Positions 47,375-56,111 of a stretch of 64,000 nucleotides of DNA are shown in pieces. The stretch is from an archaeon (lineage in GTDB: Archaea; Iainarchaeota; Iainarchaeia; Iainarchaeales; CSSED10-239), in NCBI GenBank assembly GCA_041657425.1, contig JBBABY010000005.1:22834-86833 (forward strand). Reading direction: 5' to 3'. How positions within the stretch are numbered: the first letter of the stretch is position 1; every line of letters begins with the position of its first letter. A program made the position numbers and the translations under genes. Under the pieces are notes generated by a model. That model saw nothing but the letters and a program-made list of their open reading frames with translations. It was not told the origin of the DNA and ran no database searches.

Positions 47375-48715
47375 ATGAAAACAAGATTTTATGAAAATGC
47401 AGGACTTTCTAGTCCAAAGGTATTATTACCAAAAAAAGAAATAGATTATACTAAATGGTCAGTTGTTGCTTGTGACCAGTATACCTCTGAACCAGAATAT
47501 TGGAATTCTGTTAAAGAGATTGTAGGAAACAATCCCTCAACATTAAAAATAACATTCCCTGAAATTTATCTTGAAGATTCAGACAAAGAAGAAAGAATTT
47601 CAAATATTGTAACAACAATGAAAGAATATATTTCAAAAAAAATGTTTGATGAACATATGGGGTTCATTTATGTTGAAAGACAAATAAAAGACAAAATAAG
47701 AAAAGGATTAGTAGTTGCTTTAGATTTAGAAAAATATGATTATAATAAAGGTTCAACAACACTTGTCAGAGCAACAGAAGGAACAATTTTAGAAAGACTT
47801 CCACCAAGGATTGAAATACGTAAAGATGCACCTTTAGAATTGCCACACATAATGGTATTAATTGATGATCCTAAAGGGAAAGTTATTGAAAAGATTAGCG
47901 AGAATAAAAAAGATTTTGAAAAAGTATATGATTTTAATCTTATGAAAAAAGGTGGGCATATTGAAGGTTATCTAGTAAATAAAAGATTTGAAAAGAAAGC
48001 AGCTAAAGAATTAGAAAGACTTGCTAGTCCAGAAAAATTTAAAAAGAAATATAAGTTAGATAAAGATTATCCTGTTCTTTTGTATGCTGTTGGAGATGGC
48101 AATCATTCTCTAGCAACAGCTAAAGCAGTTTGGGAGAATCTAAAGAACACTGCAGAAAACAAAGTTGAAATAATGAACCATCCTGCAAGATTTGCTTTAA
48201 TTGAACTTGTTAATCTTCATGACGAGTCTTTAGAGTTTGAAGCAATTCACAGAGTATTATTTAATCTAAAGAAAGACATTGTTAAAGAAATGAAAAATCA
48301 TTTTGGAGATTGTTTTAGTTTTTCTAAAAAATCAAAAGAAGAAGTTATTGAAATAATAAAAACAAAGAAAAGCAAAGATAAACATTTTATTGGTTTAATT
48401 ACAGAGAATCCTAAAACAACTGGAATCATAAAAGTGGCTAGTCCGAAATCAAACTTGCCAGTTGGGACAATACAGGATTTCTTGGACAGTTTTGGTAAAT
48501 CAGGTGGCTTTGAAAAGATAGACTATGTCCATGGCGAGGATGTGGTGTGCTCTCTTGGTCAAAAACCAAACAACGCAGGAATCTATCTTCCAACAATTCA
48601 AAAGAAACAATTCTACAAAACTGTAATTGTTGATGGCGCTTTACCAAGAAAGACATTTTCAATGGGAGAAGCACACGAGAAAAGATATTATTTAGAGACA
48701 AGAAAGATTAGGTAA
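47375..48715 (+). CDS. DUF1015 family protein
   Basis: Length and N-terminal pattern consistent with COG4198/DUF1015; function unknown. Confidence 0.45.
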   Translation: MKTRFYENAGLSSPKVLLPKKEIDYTKWSVVACDQYTSEPEYWNSVKEIVGNNPSTLKITFPEIYLEDSDKEERISNIVTTMKEYISKKMFDEHMGFIYVERQIKDKIRKGLVVALDLEKYDYNKGSTTLVRATEGTILERLPPRIEIRKDAPLELPHIMVLIDDPKGKVIEKISENKKDFEKVYDFNLMKKGGHIEGYLVNKRFEKKAAKELERLASPEKFKKKYKLDKDYPVLLYAVGDGNHSLATAKAVWENLKNTAENKVEIMNHPARFALIELVNLHDESLEFEAIHRVLFNLKKDIVKEMKNHFGDCFSFSKKSKEEVIEIIKTKKSKDKHFIGLITENPKTTGIIKVASPKSNLPVGTIQDFLDSFGKSGGFEKIDYVHGEDVVCSLGQKPNNAGIYLPTIQKKQFYKTVIVDGALPRKTFSMGEAHEKRYYLETRKIR

Positions 48716-48788
48716 AAACCTAATCTAAAAATATAGTATTTAAACACAAGTAAACAGTATATATATTACCATTAAGGAGGAAACAATT

Positions 48789-49670
48789 ATGAGTTTAAAA
48801 GAACAATTTGAAAAATTAAAAGAAAATTGGTTATTAATTCTTTTAGTAGTATTAGTTTTAGGAACGATGATTTACTTACCAAACATAAGTGTTGGTTCAA
48901 GTTATAATTATGCTTCTGATTCTGCACTAGGAGGATATGCTCCCGCTTATGCAAAAGAAAGCTATCTAAATTATCAAAATCAAAATTTCTCTCCAGAAGT
49001 ATTGAACCGTAAAATCGTTAAAACTTCAAATTTAGGAATTGAAACAAAGATAGGTAAATTTAAAGAAACAGATTCTCAAGTAAGAGAGGTAGTTAAAGGA
49101 ACCGAATCAATAATTATAACTGAAAACATTTATTCAAATAAATTTGATTCAAAGGAAATATTTACAGGCAACTACACAATTAAAGTAAAAACAGATAAAC
49201 TAGATTTAGTAACAAATCAACTTAAGACTTTAGGAAAAGTAACAAGTTTTAATCAAGGAGCTGATGACGTTACTGGAGAATACACAAATGTAAACATAGA
49301 ATTACAAGTTGAAAAAGAAAGACTTGAAAGATTTCAAGAAATGTATGCAGAAGCTGAAGAAATTAAAGATAAAATAGAATTAAACGACAGAATCTTTAAT
49401 CAAGAAAGAACAATTAAATATCTAGAAGATTCAATAAAAGATGTTGATCAAAGAATTGACTATTCAACAATCTATTTAACAATAAACGAAAGGTCAGACT
49501 ATCTAGGTATTGCTTTTGTTAAGTTATCAGATCTTTTAAGATCATTTATGAGCAGTTTAAATTCCTTAGTAAGACTAATAGTAGTAGTTCTTCCTTGGGT
49601 ATTGATTGCAGGATTTATTTACGCAGTAAGTAAGTTAACCAAAAAGCAAGAAATCAAGAAGAAAAGATAA
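48789..49670 (+). CDS. membrane-anchored protein (DUF4349-like: N-terminal TM, coiled coil, C-terminal TM)
   Basis: Hydrophobic N- and C-terminal segments with an extracytoplasmic coiled-coil middle. Confidence 0.4.
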   Translation: MSLKEQFEKLKENWLLILLVVLVLGTMIYLPNISVGSSYNYASDSALGGYAPAYAKESYLNYQNQNFSPEVLNRKIVKTSNLGIETKIGKFKETDSQVREVVKGTESIIITENIYSNKFDSKEIFTGNYTIKVKTDKLDLVTNQLKTLGKVTSFNQGADDVTGEYTNVNIELQVEKERLERFQEMYAEAEEIKDKIELNDRIFNQERTIKYLEDSIKDVDQRIDYSTIYLTINERSDYLGIAFVKLSDLLRSFMSSLNSLVRLIVVVLPWVLIAGFIYAVSKLTKKQEIKKKR

Positions 49671-49718
49671 TTTTTCTTTTCTTTTCTATTTTTATTATTT
49701 TCTAATCTAATATTATTT

Positions 49719-50135
49719 ATGTTAAAAATATACTTTGCAGGATCAATTAGTGGTGGAAGAGATGACCAAGAAATCTATTTTGAATTAATAAATTATCTTA
49801 AGACTAAGGGACAAGTTCTAACAGAGCATATTTCAGATAAAAATTTAAGTTCTTATGGCGAGAGCAATAAATTAACTTCTGAGCAAATCTTTACAAGAGA
49901 TGTAAACTGGTTAAAAGAATCAGATATTGTTGTTGCAGAAGTTACTCAAGTTTCTTTAAGTGTTGGTTATGAATTAGGGCTTTCTGAAAGTTTAAATAAA
50001 AAAGTAATTTGCCTATATCGTCAAAAAGAAGGAAAAAGACTTTCAGCAATGATTTCTGGTAACCACAACTTCTTAGTTAAAGAATATCAAACAATAGAAG
50101 AAGCAAAAAGGATTATTGATGAGATTTTCAAATGA
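49719..50135 (+). CDS. 2'-deoxynucleoside 5'-phosphate N-hydrolase (DNPH1/Rcl-like; nucleoside 2-deoxyribosyltransferase fold)
   Basis: IYFAGSISGGRDDQ...VLTEH...DVNWLKESDIVVAEVTQVSLSVGYELG...RLSAMISG closely matches DNPH1/Rcl motifs. Confidence 0.65.
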   Translation: MLKIYFAGSISGGRDDQEIYFELINYLKTKGQVLTEHISDKNLSSYGESNKLTSEQIFTRDVNWLKESDIVVAEVTQVSLSVGYELGLSESLNKKVICLYRQKEGKRLSAMISGNHNFLVKEYQTIEEAKRIIDEIFK

Positions 50136-50138
50136 ACA

Positions 50139-50152
50139 ATATATATATATAT
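50139..50152 (+). repeat. (AT)7 dinucleotide repeat in promoter of surface protein gene C
   Basis: ATATATATATATAT; the paralogous position upstream of gene D has (AT)6. Confidence 0.85.
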
Positions 50153-50211
50153 TTCGTTCATTCATTCTATTAAATTACAATTAAATAATTAAAAAATTGG
50201 AGGAAACCAAA

Positions 50212-51162
50212 ATGGCAAAAGAAAATAATAAAAAGCTAATCATTTGGGCATTAGTAGCTTTAGTGATTGGTGTAATAATAGGGTTAGTAATAACAAACCT
50301 GACAACAACAGGAAAAGGGGGTTATATCTCTGAAATTCACCAGATTCGTCCAAAAACACAGGTTGGGATAACTATGCCTATTCCAATTTATTTGGAGTTA
50401 GTTCAAGAAATAGATAGTGTTAATGGTGGAACAGGTACTATTAATAAGTATGCGTTTATTGAAAACGAAGAATTTCACTCTAATTTACCCGGGAAAGTTA
50501 GAAAAAATACCACCGTCAACTTTTCTGATGGCACAGTATTATCTGACGATTATACTTCAGAATTAGAGTATTCTGCATATTATTCAGAATATATTGCAGG
50601 AACCTTTTTTGGTCCATTTACTTCAATAGAGGCTACTATATATGATATGAAAGTAACTTCTATAATTGATGCACACTTTAAAATAGGTTCTAAAATAATA
50701 CCTAAATCATTAACAACTGTATTTAATCCGAATGAAGATTTATTTGCAGTAGTTAATAGTCTTGATTTAGATTGTAGTGGTCAATATAATCTAACACATT
50801 CAGAAGTAGGAGATATTGATGAAATATCTGGGAATTTATATATTTCTCAATATAATCAAGGCACCGGTTGGACTAATGTTTTACAGGATTACCCTTTAGA
50901 TTTAACCTCGTCAGCAGATAATACCTATACAGGATATATTCCAGCATCTGCAATAACTCAGTTAAACAATGGAAGTCAGTACATTAGAGTGTCGATTAAT
51001 AGTCACATTATTACTGCAACAGGATTACAAACAAGTGCAGAAATGCACAAATATCTAAATTGTCAAACCAATAAATCTGAATCATTAACTCCTGAAGAAA
51101 TAAAGGACGTGAGAAAGATAACAGGCTATAAATCAATAGATGAAAGAGCAAAAATAAAATAA
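50212..51162 (+). CDS. secreted/surface protein, paralog family member C
   Basis: N-terminus MAKENNKKLIIWALVALVIGV shared with genes B and D; C-terminal YLNCQ motif shared with D; start moved to the ATG at 50212 after the GGAGG RBS (track ORF begins at 50197). Confidence 0.6.
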   Translation: MAKENNKKLIIWALVALVIGVIIGLVITNLTTTGKGGYISEIHQIRPKTQVGITMPIPIYLELVQEIDSVNGGTGTINKYAFIENEEFHSNLPGKVRKNTTVNFSDGTVLSDDYTSELEYSAYYSEYIAGTFFGPFTSIEATIYDMKVTSIIDAHFKIGSKIIPKSLTTVFNPNEDLFAVVNSLDLDCSGQYNLTHSEVGDIDEISGNLYISQYNQGTGWTNVLQDYPLDLTSSADNTYTGYIPASAITQLNNGSQYIRVSINSHIITATGLQTSAEMHKYLNCQTNKSESLTPEEIKDVRKITGYKSIDERAKIK

Positions 51163-51230
51163 GTTCTAACTACACAAAATGAGATTATTTAATTAATCTT
51201 ATTTTTCTTTTTCTTTTTTCTTAAGCGGCA

Positions 51231-51242
51231 ATATATATATAT
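51231..51242 (+). repeat. (AT)6 dinucleotide repeat in promoter of surface protein gene D
   Basis: ATATATATATAT inside a ~175-bp block near-identical to 50139..50317. Confidence 0.85.
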
Positions 51243-51299
51243 CGTTCATTCATTCTATTAAATTACAATTAAATAATTAAAAAATTGGAGGAAACCAAA

Positions 51300-52247
51300 A
51301 TGGCAAAAGAAAATAAAAAATCATTAATCATTTGGGCATTAGTAGCTTTAGTGATTGGTGTAATATTAGGATTAGTAATAACAAATTTATCAACAACAGG
51401 ACAAGCAAAATCTATAACAGAGGTTGCGCCAAGAACATTAATTGGCACGGGATATAATTTTGTATTATATCAAAATATGAGTTTTGAAAATCCAAATGGA
51501 GAATATCTTTTATGGACGCAAGAAAACTTACAATCTAATGTTCCTGCAAGAATTAAAAAAGAATCTTCAATGTCATATAATTTAGACGATTTCAGACCAT
51601 ACTTTCTTAATTCTTCTATAACTAATACAGAAAGAGCAGAAAATAGCAATTTAGGTTATGCTGCATATCCAGAAACTGTTTTATGGTTTCCAAACACAAC
51701 AAACACCCCCACCGTGTCCTATTCTTATTTTACAGAATGGACTTTTGGTAATGGAGTGACTAAAACAGAAGGTACTGGTTATTCAGTAAATGAAAATTAT
51801 AATTCATTTATAGAAGCAAGTTCTTTAAATGTAAATTGTTCTAATTATGAACTTGTTCATTCTACCCCTACGGGAATTAATTATCTTGGATATCAATTCT
51901 ATATATATGATACAACTTACAATTATGATCAAGTTTATTACGGGTCTTGGATAGAAGCAAGAATAAATCCTAACGGTATTCAACAAGGAAATTTGCCACA
52001 AGAGGCAATAGATATATTGCAAAATAATAATGGATATGAGGGAGTATTGATTGCACATATATCTACTACCGAGAATATGTATACTGTGGTTTACAGTGCT
52101 AATACTTATTTAAATTGTCAAAATGGCGCAATTACTAAATTAAATTCTGATGGTTTACAAAAATTACAACAAAAAACAGGAACTCCAATAGACGTAATAA
52201 AAAAATTACATGAAGAAGGTAAGATGCCTTTTACAGTACAAAAATAA
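51300..52247 (+). CDS. secreted/surface protein, paralog family member D
   Basis: Same 5' block as gene C (signal/anchor region identical at the DNA level), divergent body, YLNCQ C-terminal motif; start moved to the ATG at 51300 after the GGAGG RBS (track ORF begins at 51285). Confidence 0.6.
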   Translation: MAKENKKSLIIWALVALVIGVILGLVITNLSTTGQAKSITEVAPRTLIGTGYNFVLYQNMSFENPNGEYLLWTQENLQSNVPARIKKESSMSYNLDDFRPYFLNSSITNTERAENSNLGYAAYPETVLWFPNTTNTPTVSYSYFTEWTFGNGVTKTEGTGYSVNENYNSFIEASSLNVNCSNYELVHSTPTGINYLGYQFYIYDTTYNYDQVYYGSWIEARINPNGIQQGNLPQEAIDILQNNNGYEGVLIAHISTTENMYTVVYSANTYLNCQNGAITKLNSDGLQKLQQKTGTPIDVIKKLHEEGKMPFTVQK

Positions 52248-52260
52248 AATCAACTAGATT

Positions 52261-53928
52261 TTATTTTTCTTTTTCTTTTTTTTCTTTAGCTTTTTTTACA
52301 AATTCTACAAACAACGGGTGTGGAGTAAGTAGCTTTGATTTAAGTTCAGGGTGTGCTTGTGTTCCAATAAAGAAAGGATGTTTCTTAATTTCAATAAATT
52401 CAAGAAGTTCTCCAGTTGGGTCCATTCCACAAAGCACAAGTCCTTTTTCTTTCAAGATTGAATGATACTTTGGATTAACTTCATATCTATGTCTGTGTCT
52501 TTCAGTAATTTTGTTTTTACCATATATTTTTGCAACCTGTGATCCATCTTGTAATTCAGCAACACAAGACCCAAGCCTCATGCTTCCACCAATCTTTTTA
52601 TTTTCTTGACCAGGAAGGATAGTAACAATTGGTTCTTTACAATCTTTGTCAATTTCTGTTGTGTGTGCCTCAGGCAGTCCACAAACATTTCTTGCATACT
52701 CAATAACAGCAAGTTGCATTCCGTAGCAAAGTCCTAAGTAAGGAACATTATTTTCTCTAGCATATCTAATAATATTTAATTTTCCATTAATTCCTCTAGC
52801 TCCAAAACCACCAGGAACAATAATTCCATCAAGTTCTTTAATTTCTGGAGAGTTGGAAACGCCATCTTCTTCATATTTCTCAGTATCAATAAGTCTAATT
52901 TCTAAAGATTCAGATACTGTGGTTTTAGCATGATGTAAGGCTTCAATAACTGAAGCATAAGAGTCGTCAATACCGGTGTATTTTCCACATATGCCAATAA
53001 CAATTTTTTCTTTAGTTCCAGTTTCTATCTTTTTAACTGCTTCAATAAATTTATCGAATTCTAAATTAGTATTTATTTTTAATTTCTTAGAAATGAGTTT
53101 ATCTAGTTTTTGATTTTTAAAATTAATCGGTATTTCGTAAATATTTTTAACATCACAACCAGAGATTAATTGTTCAGGTAGTAGTGCACAATTTTCAGTA
53201 AGTTTCTCAATAGCCTTCTTATCAAGCATCCGCTTTGCTCTACAGATGACTGCGTCAGGAATAATTCCTCTTTTAAGTAATTCAGCAATACTATTTTGTG
53301 CAGGTTTAGTTTTCTGTTCATCGCTTGGTGCAATTTCAGGAACATAAGCGAGATGTACAAAAAAAACATTTTCTTTTCCAAGTTTTCTTCTAATTCCTTT
53401 ACAAGCAGTAATGTACAATTCATTTTCTAAATCTCCAACAGTTCCTCCAATTTCAAGAAGTACAATGTTTGCATCATTATCAAGTGCAGTTTTAATAACT
53501 CTATATTCTATGTAATTAGTAACTTCTGGTATTAACTTTACAGTTTTTCCTAAAAAAGCTCCGCTTCTCTCTAAGTCAATTATTTCTTTGTAGATTTTTC
53601 CCATTGTTAGGTTCTGAGATCCATTACAAGAAATATCTAAATATCTTTCATAATGTCCAAAATCCATATCCACTTCTGTTCCATCATCAAGAACAAAAAC
53701 TTCTCCGTGTTCCACAGGGTTCATAGTCCCTGGATCAAAATTAAGATAACCATCACATTTGATTGGTATTTTCTTAAGATCATTATCTAAAAGAAGAGCA
53801 ATACTAGAAGCAGAAACTCCTTTACCAATCCCAGAAAGCACTCCGCCAGTAATTATTACAAATTTTAGTTTCTTGTCAATTGCTTGACTATAAATATCAT
53901 TAGTTTCTTTATAATCCATAAATCTCAT
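52261..53928 (-). CDS. pyrG: CTP synthase
   Basis: N-terminal synthetase domain (ITGGVLSGIGKG) and C-terminal class I glutamine amidotransferase (GLCYGMQ, HRHRYEVN). Confidence 0.9.
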   Translation of the reverse strand: MRFMDYKETNDIYSQAIDKKLKFVIITGGVLSGIGKGVSASSIALLLDNDLKKIPIKCDGYLNFDPGTMNPVEHGEVFVLDDGTEVDMDFGHYERYLDISCNGSQNLTMGKIYKEIIDLERSGAFLGKTVKLIPEVTNYIEYRVIKTALDNDANIVLLEIGGTVGDLENELYITACKGIRRKLGKENVFFVHLAYVPEIAPSDEQKTKPAQNSIAELLKRGIIPDAVICRAKRMLDKKAIEKLTENCALLPEQLISGCDVKNIYEIPINFKNQKLDKLISKKLKINTNLEFDKFIEAVKKIETGTKEKIVIGICGKYTGIDDSYASVIEALHHAKTTVSESLEIRLIDTEKYEEDGVSNSPEIKELDGIIVPGGFGARGINGKLNIIRYARENNVPYLGLCYGMQLAVIEYARNVCGLPEAHTTEIDKDCKEPIVTILPGQENKKIGGSMRLGSCVAELQDGSQVAKIYGKNKITERHRHRYEVNPKYHSILKEKGLVLCGMDPTGELLEFIEIKKHPFFIGTQAHPELKSKLLTPHPLFVEFVKKAKEKKEKEK

Positions 53929-54107
53929 CTTTACAATTAGTTTAGAAAATTATGTAATAAACAGTTTATAATCTTTATTGTTAATTTTGGCAATCGCCAG
54001 ATTTATATACATTTTTGCTCATAAAATATATATTTGCGGCCAATTTGTAAGGTTATTGTGTGGAAATAGTAAACTATTGCGCGCTAACCTCAAAAAAAAT
54101 ACACGGT

Positions 54108-54129
54108 ATTTTTTAGGATCCTAAAAAAT
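54108..54129 (+). promoter_or_regulatory. 22-bp perfect palindrome ATTTTTTAGGATCCTAAAAAAT in divergent pyrG / tRNA-Ser intergenic region
   Basis: Perfect dyad symmetry centred on GGATCC. Confidence 0.35.
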
Positions 54130-54205
54130 CAGTGATTTTTTATGAGAGCGCAACCGGTTTAGTTAACTAGAGAAGAAACGCCTATGAACTGGGCGAACAG
54201 TTAAA

Positions 54206-54288
54206 GCAGAGATGGCGGAGTGGCCAAACGCGCCAGCCTTGAGAGCTGGAGTCGAAAGACTACGCGAGTTCGAATCTCGTTCTCTGCG
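54206..54288 (+). tRNA. tRNA-Ser (TGA)
   Basis: Acceptor GCAGAGA/TCTCTGC, anticodon stem CCAGC/GCTGG with loop CTTGAGA, long variable arm, T-arm GCGAG-TTCGAAT-CTCGT. Confidence 0.85.
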
Positions 54289-54312
54289 CTTAAAATTGTT
54301 AAAAGATCATTT

Positions 54313-54651
54313 ATGTCAGAAGAAAAACCAATCATTACTTTTGATGATTTCATAAAATTAGACATAAGAATAGGAACAGTTATAGAAGCAGAAAAAGTAC
54401 CAAACAGTTCAAAGCTTCTAAAGCTAATAATTGACTTTGGAGATTTTAAAAGACAAATACTTGCAGGAATTGGTACCAAGTATTCTCCTGAAGACTTACA
54501 AGGTAAACAAATACCAGTAATAGTTAATCTTGCACCAAGAAAGATGGCGGGGTTAGTTAGTCAAGGAATGATTATGGCTGTAGGGGATAATGATGTGGAA
54601 GCTCTTTTGTTTCCAACAGAAGCCGTAAAATCAGGAAGTTCAGTTCACTAA
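54313..54651 (+). CDS. tRNA-binding protein (Trbp111/CsaA, EMAP-like OB fold)
   Basis: FIKLDIRIGTVIEAEKVPNSSKLLKLIIDFGD...QILAGI...GKQIPVIVNLAPRKMAGLVSQGMIMA matches the Trbp111/CsaA pattern; real start at the ATG at 54313 (the track ORF extends into the tRNA). Confidence 0.75.
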   Translation: MSEEKPIITFDDFIKLDIRIGTVIEAEKVPNSSKLLKLIIDFGDFKRQILAGIGTKYSPEDLQGKQIPVIVNLAPRKMAGLVSQGMIMAVGDNDVEALLFPTEAVKSGSSVH

Positions 54652-54666
54652 AAGGAAGGGTAAATT

Positions 54667-54936
54667 ATGGATAAAATTAAAATAAATTATTTTATTGATG
54701 TTCTATTAATAATATCATTTATTGTAGTAGCAATAACAAGCCTTGTAATATTTTTCTTTCTTCCAAGTGGAGTAAGACAAGCAGGTTATCAAACATTTTT
54801 AGGATTAACAAAACATTCATGGGGTAATATTCATACAATCTCAGGATTTGCAATGATAATTCTGTCATTGATACATTTGATATTACATTTCAAATGGTTA
54901 ACAACAATGTCAAAAACAATATTTAAGAAAAAATAA
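54667..54936 (+). CDS. small membrane protein (DUF4405-like)
   Basis: 89 aa with 2 TM helices and conserved His residues (HSWGNIHTISG...HLILHFKW). Confidence 0.4.
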   Translation: MDKIKINYFIDVLLIISFIVVAITSLVIFFFLPSGVRQAGYQTFLGLTKHSWGNIHTISGFAMIILSLIHLILHFKWLTTMSKTIFKKK

Positions 54937-55070
54937 TTTAGTTGTGTGTCGATAAGCAACCAGTTAGTGCCATACAAATTCTGGCTGGGCGCCAACTCAG
55001 GAAAACAAAAGTTTTCAGGATGCCAAGAAATCGCAGCGACGATTTGTTGTGCACGACCGCAACCGGTTGT

Positions 55071-55153
55071 GCAGAGGTGGTGGAGTGGTCAAACGCACTA
55101 GCCTGGAAAGCTAGAGTCGAAAGACTACGCGAGTTCGAATCTCGTCCTCTGCG
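55071..55153 (+). tRNA. tRNA-Ser (GGA)
   Basis: Acceptor GCAGAGG/CCTCTGC, anticodon stem CTAGC/GCTAG with loop CTGGAAA, long variable arm, same T-arm as tRNA-Ser(TGA). Confidence 0.85.
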
Positions 55154-55369
55154 ATTAAATTTAGATCAACAGTTTGCTGTAAGTGAGCTTGTAGACTGGA
55201 TTAAAGGCAAGAAGCTCGCCCACGACTACGAAACAGGACTAATTTCTAAAATCCCGCTAATCTTCGAAGATACTCAAAAACATACGTACGTTTCTGAAAA
55301 GTGTTCTCAACAAAATCTTTTTAAATACAATATACAATAACTATTTATAGAAATAAAGTGTGATAAAAA

Positions 55370-56047
55370 ATGGTTGTAAGAAAATTAACAAAAGGCAGTT
55401 TCCCAAATGCAAAAAATATTAAGAGCATTAAAATAGGAGGTCGTAAATTCGTTGCAGAAAAGAAACAGACAGCAGACATAAAACTAGAAATAAATAAAGA
55501 AAAAATTAAAATAATCAGTTCTTTAAAAAAACGTCTAGAGAGAGGAGAATTAAAATTAACCAGTGCCGATTTAATGAAATTAAAGGCACAGGGAATTAGC
55601 CTGATTGAATTAAGAAAAGTAATAGCTCCAGAATATTTGTTAAAAACTTTGAGTTTAAAAGCATTTGTAAAAATATATGGTCAAGAAGATGTAGTTAAGG
55701 CTTTTAATGGTATTTCCCGATTAATATTTGATGCTGGTTTGAGGGAGACAGTTTATGCTATTGATCCAAAATATTTTAAAAATGAATTTTCATTAAAAGA
55801 AATTGTGAATAAGCTTTTTAAATACGGCTACAAGGATGTGTCACAGTATAGGGCCCCAGATATGCAAAGCTATATGTCACAAAATGGACGTTATGAAGTA
55901 GCAAAGGCTTGGGGGCTTAAGAATATAATAGAAACATTTGGGATTAAAGAGACTATGGTGGCTATGGGTAGATCAGAATCTGAACTTAGATCTTTATTAA
56001 ATGCATCAGATTACGATTTAGGGAAAGCTTTTCCTCGCGAATATTAG
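55370..56047 (+). CDS. hypothetical protein (islet segment 1)
   Basis: 225 aa, no family recognised; its TAG stop is formed by the first bases of the att-like repeat. Confidence 0.4.
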   Translation: MVVRKLTKGSFPNAKNIKSIKIGGRKFVAEKKQTADIKLEINKEKIKIISSLKKRLERGELKLTSADLMKLKAQGISLIELRKVIAPEYLLKTLSLKAFVKIYGQEDVVKAFNGISRLIFDAGLRETVYAIDPKYFKNEFSLKEIVNKLFKYGYKDVSQYRAPDMQSYMSQNGRYEVAKAWGLKNIIETFGIKETMVAMGRSESELRSLLNASDYDLGKAFPREY

Positions 56048-56090
56048 AGTCTCACGACTACGCGAGTTCGAATCTCGTCCTCTGCGATTT
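56047..56090 (+). repeat. direct repeat of tRNA-Ser(GGA) 3' end (att-like, copy 1)
   Basis: GACTACGCGAGTTCGAATCTCGTCCTCTGCGATT is identical to 55120..55153 plus 2 nt. Confidence 0.85.
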
Positions 56091-56111
56091 TTTATTTTGT
56101 GTTTAAATTGC

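Noticed and set aside
54220-54312. N-terminal 31 codons of the track ORF 54220..54651
   Set aside because: These codons are the 3' end of tRNA-Ser(TGA) read in frame. The genuine Trbp111-like CDS starts at the ATG at 54313.
54942-55340. 132-aa ORF in the six-frame track
   Set aside because: It translates straight through tRNA-Ser(GGA) at 55071..55153 and the GC-rich spacer. It has no RBS, and its composition is atypical. It is considered spurious, although a short real ORF downstream of the tRNA cannot be excluded.
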